Shown here piece after piece: positions 1-12,572 of a DNA stretch of 64,000 nt. Source of the stretch: Podarcis vaucheri (taxonomy: Eukaryota); assembly GCA_965113315.1 (NCBI GenBank), contig OZ220367.1; one strand, written 5' to 3'. Within the stretch, counting starts at the first letter, position 1; the number at the start of each line of letters is the position of its first letter. The position numbers were made by a program, and so were the translations under genes. Under the pieces are notes generated by a model. The model saw only the letters and a program-made list of their open reading frames with translations, ran no database searches and had not been told where the DNA came from.

Positions 1-805
1 TTGGCTGGGGGAAATTTCGCCTATATGACATTCTCTGGCAAACCTTCTAAAACATTCATAGAAGTGGATAGTGTATTAAGGTTGTCAGGATTAATTCTTG
101 TTGTTTCCCTCGGAGCACCGTCAACAGAAAGAAAGAACCTTTGGGTAAGGCAAGGAGGCCAGCCATCATATCAGTGCCTCCAATCTTCTGTAGATATAAT
201 GAGTTACAAGAGATTTTCCATGGGTAGAATTTGGGGCAGTAGATAGAAAGGCTTGTCGCTGTTGTTGTTCTGTAGCATAAGCATATTTCCTTGGAAACCT
301 ATTGAATGGAAATATCTAACATTCTGGGCTGTTGTAAAGCTGGATGGTATTATCTTTTCTTTTCATCATTTTATATGTTCAGGGTGAGGAAGAATAAATA
401 TGTGTCAAGCCTATTCATCAGTTCAGAATTAGTTCAGGTGTACTCATGATATATATTTATGTAGGACTAGGATAAGGATTGTGTAATTCACAAGGGGCTT
501 TGTGATTCAATAAGCTGATTTGTAAAAAGGCTTGATTTTCCAAGACAAGAAGCACTGAGTGAGTTGCTACGGTCTGCCACACACCTTTCCCCCCCTTTGC
601 ACTCACTGCTGCTCTTTTCCATATATTCTCAGTAAGGCCTAGGCTGGTATCCAGTTATGGCATCCCTCTTTCACTTTGGACTTCAGCTTGTTCCAATAGG
701 ACTTACCTTTTTTCTTCCACCCCCCTGCACGCCTCCAAAATCAGTACCAGAACATTGTGGCAGCAGGGTTAGTTGTGGTGAGGACAAGGACTGCAGTGGC
801 GAGGG

Positions 806-857
806 TCAGAACATAGTGTTGATAATGCCAAGGTTGCAGGTTTGATCCCCATATGGG
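806..857 (+). mobile_element. Decayed tRNA-Ile-derived SINE head fragment
   Basis: gtcagaacatagtgttgataatgccaaggttgcaggtttgatccccatatggg matches the head of the copy at 60122-60265 and resembles tRNA-Ile (TGGTGCTAATAACGCCAAGGTCGCGGGTTCGATCCCCGTA). Confidence 0.55.
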
Positions 858-2489
858 GAAGGGAGCTTTGGAAGTTTTGTGACTGTGAGCACCTCTAAGA
901 TTTGCAGAAGAGAAAGAATTCTGCCAAGCACATCTTCTCCCATGGCCACTCTAATGGTGAAGCAGAGACTGAAAAGTAGTGTTGAAGTCTGATTTCAACA
1001 TATCTATTTAATCTAAACATCCACTTCGTTGCCTGTAGGCTTCCAGTTTCTGGCAATATGCTTCATCATCCTTCAGATAGTTGCTTGTGACTATAACAAT
1101 GCCATAATGTCTGCAATTTTATTTTATTTTTTCATATTTGAAAGAACCCGTGTTCATATTTGAATGTGACATTTCAGCTGGATTTCCTCTAGCTTCCATC
1201 TGCTACAGGGCAAACAAAACCCTTGTGAGCTCTCAGAGTGCTACAGGGGACATTGTGTTAAATGTCTTGCTGTCTCCATTTAAAACAATGAAGCAGCACC
1301 TGAGGCTTGGAAGAAGCACATGGTTTCGGTTTGAGAATCTAAGGATTATCACCGAGTCCAAGCAACCCAGAGGCAATCCATCTAAAATGTCACATGTGAA
1401 TAAAAGTGTTTGGTTTTGTAGAATGATCATTGATGTCATTTTGTTTTTCATTTCTTTGGTAGTTTTAGAAATGTATTGGCCTGTAGAATTCAGTACCACA
1501 CTGGGATATGTATCGAAAGGGAGCAATCCCGAGGCTAACTTACTTTTCTTAAATGCATAATAAAGACAAGCTTGTAGACTTCAGGAGGAGGCTTTTTAAA
1601 TAACTTAATGACAGCAATGATAATGCCTAAAGAGGGTAGTGGGGAAGAAACTGGGAGAAGGTGGGTGGTTGGAAAAATAAGGAACTGTACTGTTTAGGAT
1701 GACAAGGGGAAAACCTGAATAAACTATGAAAAATGTTGTGAAAGGTGTTGGTGGTGGGTTCAGCAGAGCTGTGGTTATGACAGTCTGGATCAGGGATTTA
1801 GGGACTGCAAGGCCAGCCCTTTTCATGAGTTAGATTGAGACTCTTGCCTCAGGCGGCAAGTGAGCTGGAATGGCCAAGAAGCACCCCTAACCCCCTATGC
1901 TATTTCTCATCACCAACACACTTAGGGAAGGCAGTTATCCAGCAACTGCCACCCTGTTTAATCCTGCTTGCCACATTGCTGTGGCTTCTTAATTTCAGTT
2001 GAGTCTCTGCCACAGCTGCCTCTGCTCACTGTTGACTACTTGCAGCCAGGAGTGTGTTACCTCAATAAAGCTGTGATCACGTGAGGAAAAGGAGCAGAGT
2101 TGGTTACGACTGTGCAAATTACCGAGGAGCAGTTGGCAGACCTGTGCACCACTTTCCCCCCACAAGGAGAATTAAATGCTGTGACATTATTTGAGGACAT
2201 CCCAGGGTTCTTCTTTGTTCTGCTTTCTGGCGAGGATGTTGCTTCTGTCTTTGAGGAGAGGCGCTGTGGGAAGGGTTGAGAAGGTCCTGCTCTAGCATTT
2301 ACATTTGGCAAACTGATCTGATGTTGAGTGTGCGTATTACCACCAGAGTAGACTCTACTCTGCAACACACACTGTGAGGAACTGCCTTTGGAGAGAGTCC
2401 GGAAGCTTCCACTGGTGCAGAATACAGTACCTAGTTGCTTGCAGTGACCAAGCAACTGAAGTATATGACTTCAGTTCTGACACAATGGT

Positions 2490-2965
2490 TTCCATTGCAC
2501 TTCCAGACTCAACTGAGAGTGCTGGTAAGTACCTTTAAATCCGAGACCAGCTTGGAACTAGCTTGTTTAAAAACTCAGCTGCATCCATTTGAACCTTCTC
2601 AACCTTTAAGATTGCCTATAGAAGCTCCACTTGCAGGCTGGTTGGCTGTTACAAGAAATGACTTTTCAGTGATGGCCCCATCATTATCAAACTCCCTTCT
2701 GTGGATCTCCCTTGCAGATTGTTGCTGAATGAACTGTGAAGACCTGGCTCTCTTTTTTACTTATTGAGACTGGTCCACTAAGCATACTTTAATCCCTATT
2801 GCTGTTTTAATTTTGCTTTTCTGTTTTTCTGTTGATGAAATAAACCGCGTTGTTACTCTTATTGTAAAATGTGTATATTATTGTTTTACTTTGTGTTATG
2901 ATGTGAAATGCCTTGAGAAAGCTGTATAGCCCTGAAAGTCAGTTTACAGATAAACAAGTAAATAT
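2490..2965 (+). mobile_element. L2-clade LINE 3' end relic (ORF2 C-terminus plus T-rich 3' UTR)
   Basis: ORF 2435-2728 reads FQTQLRVLVSTFK...LKTQLHPFEPSQPLRL...RNDFSVMAPSLSNSL, resembling the L2/CR1-group C-terminal pattern FKVLVLTFK...YLKDRL.PYEPSRPLRS...RAFSVVAP.LWNSLP. A T-rich UTR and TAAA-like tail follow. Confidence 0.7.
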
Positions 2966-4557
2966 CAGGCTGAAGCAACTGTGCGTAAATAGCCAAAACT
3001 GACACAGAGTCACATATTCAACTTTTTGAGATGTTTGGTTTTATTTAACAGCCTGGAATGCAATGAGAACAACTTGAATCACATCCTATTTATCAACATG
3101 AATGGCAGAAGAAAAGTGGTCTGTGATTTGGAATTCCCCTGTCTCATAATGATTAAAGAAGGATGGTATTCAGTGACATGAAGGGACAGTGACATTTTTA
3201 TTATTATTTTTGCACTGACACAGGGACAAACAGTGGAATGGTCTGCTGTCTGATGTTGCAGAGACCTCTCTAGGGTTGGATGGAAAGATTCTACCTACAC
3301 TAGTTTTATACTTACACAAGGCATCAACGTTTTTGGAAAGCCTAATTGTTTGCAATTGAATGCAGTGGTTCATGGTGGTATGCAAACAGATTTTCTCTAG
3401 TGCAAGCATCTGTCAAATCCATCCGGTGAACTGGCTATTCTTATAGGTCTTATTGGAGATCTTGAATCATTTTAGCCAATCACTACTTATTTAGGGTGCA
3501 ATCTGCCAAGGAACAAATGGGAGCTGTGCAGTAGCTCTGGTATTCTGTTGCAGAGTTTCTGTCCAAAATGAGATTGCATTTTCAGTGAAATTGCACCTTA
3601 AATACATTCCTGAATGTAGGTTTTTGTCTGTCCTTACACTCCCTTATAGATTATGAAATCTTTTATGAAGAACAACTGGTTTTGCTTCTCTCAAAGAGCA
3701 ATGGGCAGTCAATTCTGCATACAAATCATTTTTGGTTTTTCATACTGTATCCTAGTACCTTCTTTCATCCAGTTAACAACCCATAACCTCACCTGCTTCA
3801 GAGTTTTCTACTCCTTCATGCTTCCCTCATATTTAAATATCTTATTTTCATTTTCTCCACAGGCATCACACAGAATTTTTCAGTCTAGGACTGCAATCCT
3901 TTGTAACAATGGATACATAGGATTGGGATGTATATCTGCCCCCCCTTCACACAAATTTTCTTCTGAAACTGAAGTTCATCCTAGTCCAATTTCACATTTG
4001 CTGATGTTAATCTGTTAATTTAAGTAAATTGTGCACAACAGGAATGATGTGGGGTTTAGATTATTTGCTTTAGAACTTGCCTTTATCTTATCTCTTGTCT
4101 TTTTCCTACAAGAAAGCTATTTCCTTCACAATCTTTTGTTTCTTCCTTTACTGCTTTTGAGTATTTTATTTTTCTTTCATTTGGGATTTCTCTTTTCCGT
4201 ATATCTCAAAGTTGTTGTTGTTTTTCTTTCTCAATCCCTTAAGAGCTGTGGTAGTACAGTGAGGAATCATTCGTACAGCCTGTCATCTCCAGACAGTATT
4301 TTAATTTTCTTTTGGCAATGAGACAGGGCGGGCAGCGTGCTGGGCTGGATATCAATGCAGTGTAGCTCAGATACATTGAATGCATTCAACTTCACTCTGT
4401 ACTATCTCTAGGATGTGTTTTCTCATGTGTAGCAAAGGGGCAGAAGAGCCACAGGGCTGGAGATTGCTATAATGAATGGCACATTTCGCTGTCCCATGCT
4501 TTCTAACACACCTGAGCAATATCAATATTTGGCACATATGAAGCTCAGAATGAGGTA

Positions 4558-4798
4558 CAGTGGTACCTCTGGTTACGTACTTAATTCATTCCGGAGGTCC
4601 GTTCTTAACCTGAAACTGCTCTGAACCTGAAGCACCACTTTAGCTAATGGGGCCTCCTGTTGCTGCCGCACCGCTGGAGGACAATTTCTGTTCTCATCCT
4701 GAAGCAAAGTTCTTAACCCGAGGTACTATTTCTGGGTTAGCGGAGTCTGTAACCTGAAACGAAGTAACATGAAGCATATGTAACCTGAGGTACCACTG
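4558..4798. mobile_element. Tc1/mariner (Tigger/pogo-like) MITE, copy 1 of 3
   Basis: TIR CAGTGGTACCTC...GAGGTACCACTG with TA flanks at 4556-4557 and 4799-4800. The body is closely similar to 34341-34582 and 57750-57974. Confidence 0.92.
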
Positions 4799-5142
4799 TA
4801 TTATTTCATTTAGCATGTTCAGAGCTCAAAGTAGGAAAATGTTTTTACATCTGAATGGGCTAGTTGCTTGTTGAATTCCTACCTCACCTCTTCCCACAGA
4901 TTTGGTAATATGAAGGCATTCCAGCTCATTTTGGACAAATGTCTTAGTGGCTTCTGCACAGACTCAGACCTTGAGTGAAAATGGAGGATTTGTGTGTTCA
5001 GACGTTTAAACCTCACCCTTAAATAAATTCAGACAAGACTCAAATTTTGGTTTGGTTTTTGGCAGAATTTAGGCCACAACTTTATTGATTACAGCAAATG
5101 AGTGGTTGCATAGCTCCACTCACTTTGATTTGTTCCCTGCAC

Positions 5143-5752
5143 TGTTGCAGGTAGCGCTGACCCAGGGCACCAGCATAGGTCAGCCTAGGGTAAACACCCG
5201 GATAGGTGGAAAGCTGGGAACAAGCTATGTCCACCACCCAGATGTCCCCCTGGACTCAGGCACAGGAACAACCCCCTCACAGGGTTGACCAAACCATTGA
5301 GTCCCTGGATTCCTTCAACAGAATACCCTTCACATAGAGATGGCGAGAGCATTCCCTCATCCCTATCACCTGAACCAGAGCCTATCCTCAACCTTACAAG
5401 TTGTGACGATTTGCTACGTGGAAGGCAAAATCCAAATGGCACCAGCCAATCAGCCAAGTGGGGAAATTCCTGTTGTTCCCCTGTCCCAACAACAGACAAC
5501 ACATGATGGCATAGCAAGGTCAAGCGCACAACCCTAAAAGTAGGAAGAGGTGAGCGGGTGTTCTGATCCACGCCCCGAAAGAGGCAGCTCTGGGTCATGT
5601 GCATGGGTATATATAGGTCCCTTGATCCGTTTAGCCTGCGTCCCATTGGCCTGATTAAACCCTGCATCAAGGGACCTATCAATTGGGTGTTGTGGCTATC
5701 CAATCATACCCACCCACAAGACAGGGTTTGGTTGCCAGGTCTCACTGCAACA
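5143..5752 (-). mobile_element. Solo-LTR-like element in an ADGRA1 intron
   Basis: Starts TGTTGCAG and ends CTGCAACA (TG...CA, 8-bp inverted termini), 610 bp, more GC-rich than its flanks. On the minus strand, CCAAT boxes (5682-5686, 5645-5649) precede TATATA (~5608-5615). No matching TSD was found; strand is inferred. Confidence 0.55.
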
Positions 5753-6359
5753 TGTGCCCTCTTTCAGGGAGAACCCGATTTGCCCCTAAAGATATACTAT
5801 GGATTTTCCTTAGGCCTGCAGCAGGGGCATAAAAGGTTAAACTGCTCCTCCATGCCTGCTCTGATCTCATAACCCACCCATCCCCAGATAATGCAATCTT
5901 CATTTTAAAAAATGTGCCTTAAATAAAAATATGTATTTAACATGTTGTTTGGAATTAAACATAGCTTAGTATTTAGCTATGCAGGTGATCCTCGGGCATT
6001 GTTCATGAACCAGCTCTGCCATTTGAGTGGCTGTTTGGTATTTGGGACTCCCTGTAAGCTACTATATTGTTGCTGGCTTAAGTTGTTGGACCTTGCAGTT
6101 CTAGAAGGAAAGAAAATATAAAGTCAATCATACAAACATCAAGTCTTTCAATGTCTACATCTTAGAACTCCTCGTGTTTATTTTGGATTATAGAGACAGT
6201 AGCTAATTGGAAGTGCAGTGTGGTATTTGAAAAGGTGTTTGGCCGGGTGGTGTTCTCAGACTTTTGCATATGGAGAGGTGGTGTCCATTGTCATTTCTAA
6301 TTTCATAACAATCTATTTCTATCCCACTGTCTCTCCTAGGAGCTCAAAATGGCATAGAT

Positions 6360-6608
6360 CATGGGTAGGCAAACTATGGCCCGGGGGCCAAATCCGGCCC
6401 AGTCGCCTTCTCAATCTGGCCCATGGACGGTCCGGAATCAGTGTGTTTTTACATGAGTAGAATGTGTCCTTTTATTTGAAATGCATCTCTGGGTTATTTG
6501 TGGGACATAGGAATTCTTTCAATTTTTTCCTTCAAAATATAGTCCGGCCCCCCACAAGGTCTGAGGGACAGTGGACCGGCCCCCTGCTGAAAAAGTTTAC
6601 TGACCCCG
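6360..6608. mobile_element. hAT (Charlie-like) MITE nested in an old SINE remnant
   Basis: Termini CATGGGTAGGCAAACT...AGTTTACTGACCCCG. 8-bp TSD gcatagat (6352-6359) / gcatagaa (6609-6616). GGCCC subterminal repeats. Confidence 0.85.
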
Positions 6609-7352
6609 GCATAGAACCTCACAACAACCCTTATCTTGTGATCCTTATTCCCCCCCCCCAATATTGTATATTTTTTAAATGGAGGAATCTGGGTCCCTTA
6701 CTATGGGGGGAAGCATCACCTAGCTATAAAACTGATTTCATTATTGTGAACTGGTTTAAGAACTAGTATAGTTTAAAAGTAGCATAGAAATACTGAAAAA
6801 TACATTTAAAAAATAAATAAATAGAGAACCATCACTAGGGTCTGGATGTGAGTGAAAGTACTAAAACCCCTTTACAAGCTGAAGCTTATAAAACAGCATT
6901 GTGTAACCTGGGTATTTTGGTGTCATGGCATCAAAGACTGTCACAACAGCTTTTTCTGTGGAAAGTGCTTTGGGGAGAATTCTGCTCAGATGTAGAATTC
7001 TCATCGGCTGTACTAAGCTGAATTTGGGGGAGATACATTAGGATGGGTCTTTTTTATAAGAGACATTCCCTAGGAAACTGATTTAGCTTAATGATAGAGC
7101 GTGGTAATTATTTGCTGCTTAATTGCGACAATTTAACATACATTCCATGCACTTGGATGAATTTGGTTTGAAGAATTAAGCAAGTGGTATTTAACCAGTT
7201 AAGTGTGCGATATCATGTCCTTCACTATTTAATTGCATGCAAGTTGCAAAAGAATATTACTAGGAGGTGGAGCAGAGGGGCGGCAATGCAAAATGAGGAG
7301 AACAACGTACAGGCAGTAATTCTTGTGCAGTCCATTAATCAGGTTCTTACAA

Positions 7353-7474
7353 TAAGGTTACCAGATTTTTTTCAATGAATCCAGGGACACTTTTCAACTA
7401 CAATGGATTTTGTATGGGACTGATCTGTAAATCCAGGGACTGTCCCCTGGAAATGGGGACGTCTGGTAACCTTA
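7353..7474. mobile_element. hAT (Blackjack-like) MITE
   Basis: TIR TAAGGTTACCAGA...TCTGGTAACCTTA. Perfect 8-bp TSD tcttacaa (7345-7352, 7475-7482). Internal AATCCAGGGAC repeats. Confidence 0.9.
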
Positions 7475-8110
7475 TCTTACAATTCATCCTTGGATTCCAT
7501 TTATGCTTCCTGCCACAACAGCAGCTTTTCTGAGAATCTGTCATTTACAACACAGGCTCAGTGACAAACATGTCCTTGTAAAATAATAATGGTTTAATGC
7601 TATGAGCTAGAGAGCAGTGCCCTGAAAGATGGACACCTATTAATTAGTCCCCTTCCTCTCAAAATTATAACATTGGCATACATTCAGAGACCCTGCCCAG
7701 GCTGCTGCTTGGACCTCAGGGGCCTGGCTGATGTCCCACGTGGCTTGAAATCACTGCTCTAATTTCCATCTCACAATGCCATTCCAGGACATGGTGAAAG
7801 GAAAAGCCAAATGGTGGCTCCAAGCCAGATGGTATGTCGATAGCAACACTGCTGCCTCTGCCACTGCCGCCACCGCCACCATTGCAACCCACTAAACCCA
7901 CTGGGACCCATCAGCATAAAGAGTGGGGAGAGGAGTGCCACCAGAGGACACATTGCTGAGACACCTGTCCAAACTGATTCTGATTTAATTTCATTAAGTA
8001 TGTTATGGAATTACATGTTTGGACATGGTCTCAGAAAGAGCCTTACCTTAATATAAGCAAGTTTCTGCAAAATATTTCCCATACCTTGATGCCCACAAAG
8101 GAAAACCCAC

Positions 8111-8111
8111 A

Positions 8112-8142
<31 letters not shown>

Positions 8143-8240
8143 TGGGTCATTTTTTTCCAGCGCTTCAATAAAAAAGGCTCCCAGAAGCCTAAGAGTCCCT
8201 GCCCTCAGGTTTACAATCGAAAATACACAACACAAAAGAG
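8111..8240 (-). mobile_element. L2-like 3' tail with (ATTG)n microsatellite
   Basis: (ATTG)n at 8111-8141, then gagtccctgccctcaggtttacaatc. A similar motif occurs at ~56205-56235 and resembles the reverse of the L2 3' end. Confidence 0.45.
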
Positions 8241-9280
8241 GGGGGGGAAAGAATGGGGAATAGGGAATTGGAAAAGGGCAGCAAATCTCAAAAGTTCTTA
8301 TCTTGACTAAGTTGGGCTGGAGTCTTATGGAGCCAGTTTCTCCGCAGAACTGATGGAGTGGCTCTGCTTCCTATCTCTCCCATTTGAGGAATGACTCTTT
8401 TTAACAACTGGCAGCTGGAGGGTTTCATTGTCGCCATCCTAAGTTCTAGCATGTGTAATGACATAATCAAGCAAGACTGCAACCTAGATCTTGTGCTTTC
8501 ATTCAGTATTAAACATAATAACAGCTTAACTGGGAAATGGGAGGTGTTCCCTAGCCCTGTTCTGTAAATGTCTGGGGTCTCAAGTCAAGTGCTTGGTGAT
8601 TTTTCTGCCCCTAGATTAGGCCGCTGGAGGGAATACTTGGCTCCTTCTCCATAGCTCTGCTGAAGGTCATTAGTTCTCAAGGAAAGAATTCCTGACAACT
8701 AGAGGTGTTTGGAAAGATGCTGCCGAGTTAATGGCTATAAAAAAGAAGATTTCTTTGGTTTAATAGACCTTTCAGTTGTGTTTCTTTTCTTGAAGCTCTT
8801 TCTTCCCTAGAGTTAAATAACTACCTATGTAAATGTTGCAATGCTACCTGAGAAAATGAGATTAACTTCAACGTTTTAGTTTGGGCACAGCTATTCAGAA
8901 TAAAATGATTTTGTGTTCTGTATAAAAATGGAAAACCGTAGCTATCTTTCATACTTTCTTAATATTATAAAATATTCTTCCATATTTAATATGGTGTTTT
9001 TTTTAAATTTACATGTAAGTGATAATTTTGCTTCTTGAACTCCAGTTTTTGAATGACATATCACAAAGATACTCCCAACGTTGTATTATAAAGATGAACA
9101 CCTTGTTTCCTAAAACACTTTGTATGTTTTAATGTTCTTTTATTTCTAATTTTAATGAGCATTTAAAGTTAATGACCTAAGTTACCTGGGCTTTTCTCAC
9201 CGTTTCAAGCATGAAAAATCATTTTTATGAAGAATTCTATTCAACTGAAAATTCACCTGTCAAATATTATCTGTTAACAG

Positions 9281-9382
9281 GTTTTATCTGATTAGTGGAG
9301 GAGTTCCTTTTATTATATGTGGAATTACAGCGGCAATCAACATAAATAATTACGGGATAAAAAACTACGCAGAAGCGCAATT
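9281..9382 (+). CDS. ADGRA1: Adhesion GPCR A1 (GPR123), penultimate coding exon (TM4 and start of ECL2)
   Basis: Acceptor ttaacag| and donor |gtaagt. Translates (R)[33 protein letters not shown](F), matching ADGRA1 [24 protein letters not shown]. Phase 2 at both ends, splicing in frame to 12914 (TT+T=Phe, then CWMAWEP). Confidence 0.95.
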
Positions 9383-9944
9383 GTAAGTATTTCAGTATGC
9401 TTTCAGGCTGTCATATCCTATCATCATTCCTGCTAATAGAGAACTTAGACGGTTGAGTGGTTATACGTTTGAAAGTGAAATGGGGCCACCCAAAAATATA
9501 CTTAGGGGACTGCCTAGATATGCAGAAGTATATTCAATTGTGATGTAAAAGAAAATCTGGGGTGGCTGGCTGAGGGGAAACAGCCTGACAAGTACATGTG
9601 GAGTCCCAGAATACTGATTGCTGTTGAGCCTCTATACATGGGGGGGGGGGACTTCTCAAGAAACTATAGAGAGAACATCTAAGCCACTAGATCTTTAGGG
9701 GTCAGTCCCTAACTACACATTACATTTTAAAAAAATACTAACCTCAGGGGCAGGCAAGGTGAGGGTATATAGTTGCAAGGAGGTAGGTTTTAATCTTTCC
9801 TCAGTGACATTCCTGAGGTAAATTGCCACCTCTCACACTGCCCTTGGCAGTAAGAGAAATGCACTCATTGGCACCTACAAGTAAACATCTCCAGTTCCCT
9901 GATGCAGCTGCAAGGCCTGCAGTTAATGTATTGTGGAGTTAGAC

Positions 9945-10080
9945 CAGGCAAAGGCAAACTCGGCCCTCCAGATGTTTTGAGACTACAATTCCCATCAACC
10001 CTGACCACTGGTCCTGTTAGCTAGGGATGATGGGAGTTGTAGTCCCAAAACATCTGGAGGGCCGAGTTTGCCTTTGCCTG
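9945..10080. mobile_element. Palindromic hAT (Charlie/MER5-like) MITE, 136 bp
   Basis: Near-perfect long inverted repeat CAGGCAAAGGCAAACTCGGCCCTCCAGATGTTTT...AAAACATCTGGAGGGCCGAGTTTGCCTTTGCCTG. Perfect TSD agttagac (9937-9944, 10081-10088). Confidence 0.93.
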
Positions 10081-11322
10081 AGTTAGACCTTCACCTGAGG
10101 GGGAAACAAAGGCAATGTTGGGGTGGAAGTGGCCTGTTCCAGCCCTGTACAGTTTATAGAGAATATTCTGGAGGAGAAGGTTAAGGTTAGAGGGAGGAAG
10201 CTTTGTGATATAAGGTTAAAACAAACACACACACACACACACACATGTCATTGTTGTTCAAGGATGTTTCAGGAGGAGGGGAAAGGAAGAGAGCAAGTGT
10301 AGTGGTTGAAAATTCAGCCTAGGGATTGGAAGAGCCACGTTCAAATCCTTATTAGTCACAAAGCTCCCCTTGGGTCATCTCTCTGTCACAACTTAGCCTA
10401 ACCTCCCATGTTTGCCACCTTACACTCCTTGGAGATTTATGTAATACTGTAGAACATAAATGAACATTTTACCTTGCCCAGAACAGTCTCCCACTAGTAT
10501 AGCTATGGGCCTGAAACTGCCCTCTTTCCTCATGGTGTCTGAACAGCATTGTAAGGTTCCTGCTCCAAGCTGGCTGGAGCACTGAGCAGAATCCTTTTTA
10601 GAGGAGTCCCCGCTTATACACAATATATTTGTATTTCTAATGAACTGTGATAGATAGCTTAATATTAATTAAGTGCCGCCTGAGCTGACTGGATTAAAGG
10701 CTGGTTTGCCACCTCCTTTGATTAAGGTTTTTTCTTTAAAAGAGTGGGGAAATATCGACATGTTACTTTGTCTGCTGCTCTTCAAGTAGCTGAGAGTAGC
10801 CTTGTAGCTTTATCAACAACCAAGGGAGGCTGCGAGGGCCACCCTGCGAGATTCACAGCCAAGGAATGATATGAAACTGGATTTCCTTCAGCTCAACTCA
10901 GCACTCTAGACAGTGCATCACACCGGCGCTTTTCTGAATCTGGAAATCGCATAGAAAGAGCACAAGCTCCAGGCTGTGTGGCCTGATGTATGCTAAATTG
11001 CTTTTTAAACTTTATACCCCTCGTTGTTTTCTTAGCCCCCAAGTATCAATTTTCTTCTTTTATAGAATTGTTTGCACACGGGCTCAACGACCCTTCAAAC
11101 AGCAGATGGCTTCTCCTGGGCTTCCTGAGAGAAGGAGAGTAAGGAGAATGCCAATTAAAAGTTCATTTGCTAAAAATATACACGATTCAGAGCTCCAAAC
11201 ATGTACAAGGCTCAGTTGCATCGGGGTGCATGTCCCCGATCAGTGGACCACTGGCTTCTCATCAGCATTTTGTTCAGCGCTAACGATGCTGTGAAGGTCA
11301 TGTATTTCAGTTCGCGCTCAAG

Positions 11323-11397
11323 CAGCCTTCACGAACCTGGGGCCCTCCAGATGTTTTTGTACAAAACAGCTGGAGGGCACTAGCTTGGCCACGGCTG
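11323..11397. mobile_element. Internally deleted relative of the palindromic hAT MITE
   Basis: CAGCC...GGCCCTCCAGATGTTTT...AAAACAGCTGGAGGGC...GGCTG, with degenerate TSD cgctcaag/tgctaaag. Confidence 0.65.
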
Positions 11398-12406
11398 TGC
11401 TAAAGCATTGGTGTAGAGTGCTGTTGTAATGCCTGGCATATAATCATTATACACATTTTTAACATGTAAGGAAATGAAAGCAAACCGCACTCTGACTTTA
11501 TGAAAATGCTTTTAGTAAATTCCTTTTTTTAGAAACAAGACATTAGATGAGTGAAGAGCTCCGGCAGACTCCTCTAACCAGGGCGTTGGGGAGGGCTGCT
11601 ACTCTGCAAATTCTATCATATTAAAACTTATTTATTTCAGCACGTGTGATTAGACAATCACTTATAATCAACAGGGTATTAAAAGATCTCATTATTTATG
11701 TTCATAAATTTGCGAGAGACTTTCCCTTTGGCACTGTTGCAGAGGCTGTACTACTTTAGTTTAATCACTTTAATCACAGGCAATCAATACCAGATATCAC
11801 AATGTGAGCAGAAAACCATGAAGCAGGTGGGGTGATAAAATTGCATAGGAGAGAAAGAGAGAGAGTGTGCACTACAGATTAAGCAACAGCACAGTGGGTT
11901 GCGTGCCTTATTCATTTTTAATAGCGTTACTACAAAAAACGTAGATGCCCCGACATTAGCGTGCTCTTTATGGAACTGATTTTTGAAGTGTCTCCTCTTG
12001 AAAATAGCAGCATCCTACCACTGGGGATTGCTCCAATATTCCTTGGCATAAATTGCATAGATCTTGATTTCTCCCCCCCCCCCGGCTTTTTTTTTTAGGG
12101 ATGCACACATGGATCCTGTGTTGTTTTTATTGGATGAAACTGTTGATAAGCTAAGCATTTGAAAATACCTGGATAGTTTTGTGTGCCCAAGAGCATAGCA
12201 TAGATTCAAAGGTGTGTTCTTTCCAAGTCCACCAAAGATATTTGATCAGCCCAACTAGCTGTACTGCATGATGAAAGAAGGTTACACCAGCATCCTCGGT
12301 AATGTAGAGGAGAGGCCTTGTGTACCTGAAGGAGCATCTCCACCCTCATCATTCAGCATTGACACTGAGGTCCAGCTCCGAGGGCCTTCTGGCAGTTCCC
12401 TCACTT

Positions 12407-12572
12407 CCAGGGTTCAAATCACCCACTCAGCCATGAACTTCATGGCGAATCACTTCTTCTCAGCCTAACCTACCTCACAGGGTTGTTGTGGGGATGGAAT
12501 GAGGAAGGGGAAAACCATGTACACTGCCTTGGTCTCCTTGGAGAAAAAGGTGGGCTGTTAAGGCAATAAATA
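12407..12572 (+). mobile_element. Old tRNA-derived SINE (Squam3/MIR-like)
   Basis: B-box-like gggttcaaatc, body ctcagcctaacctacctcacagggttgttgtgggga related to the younger SINE body, and a TAAA tail. Confidence 0.7.

Noticed and set aside
2057-2455. 132-aa minus-strand ORF and a 64-codon stop-free plus-strand frame (...VQITEEQLADLCTTFPPQGELNAVTLFEDIPGFF...)
   Set aside because: No recognisable homology and no convincing start or splice signals. A BLASTx would settle it.
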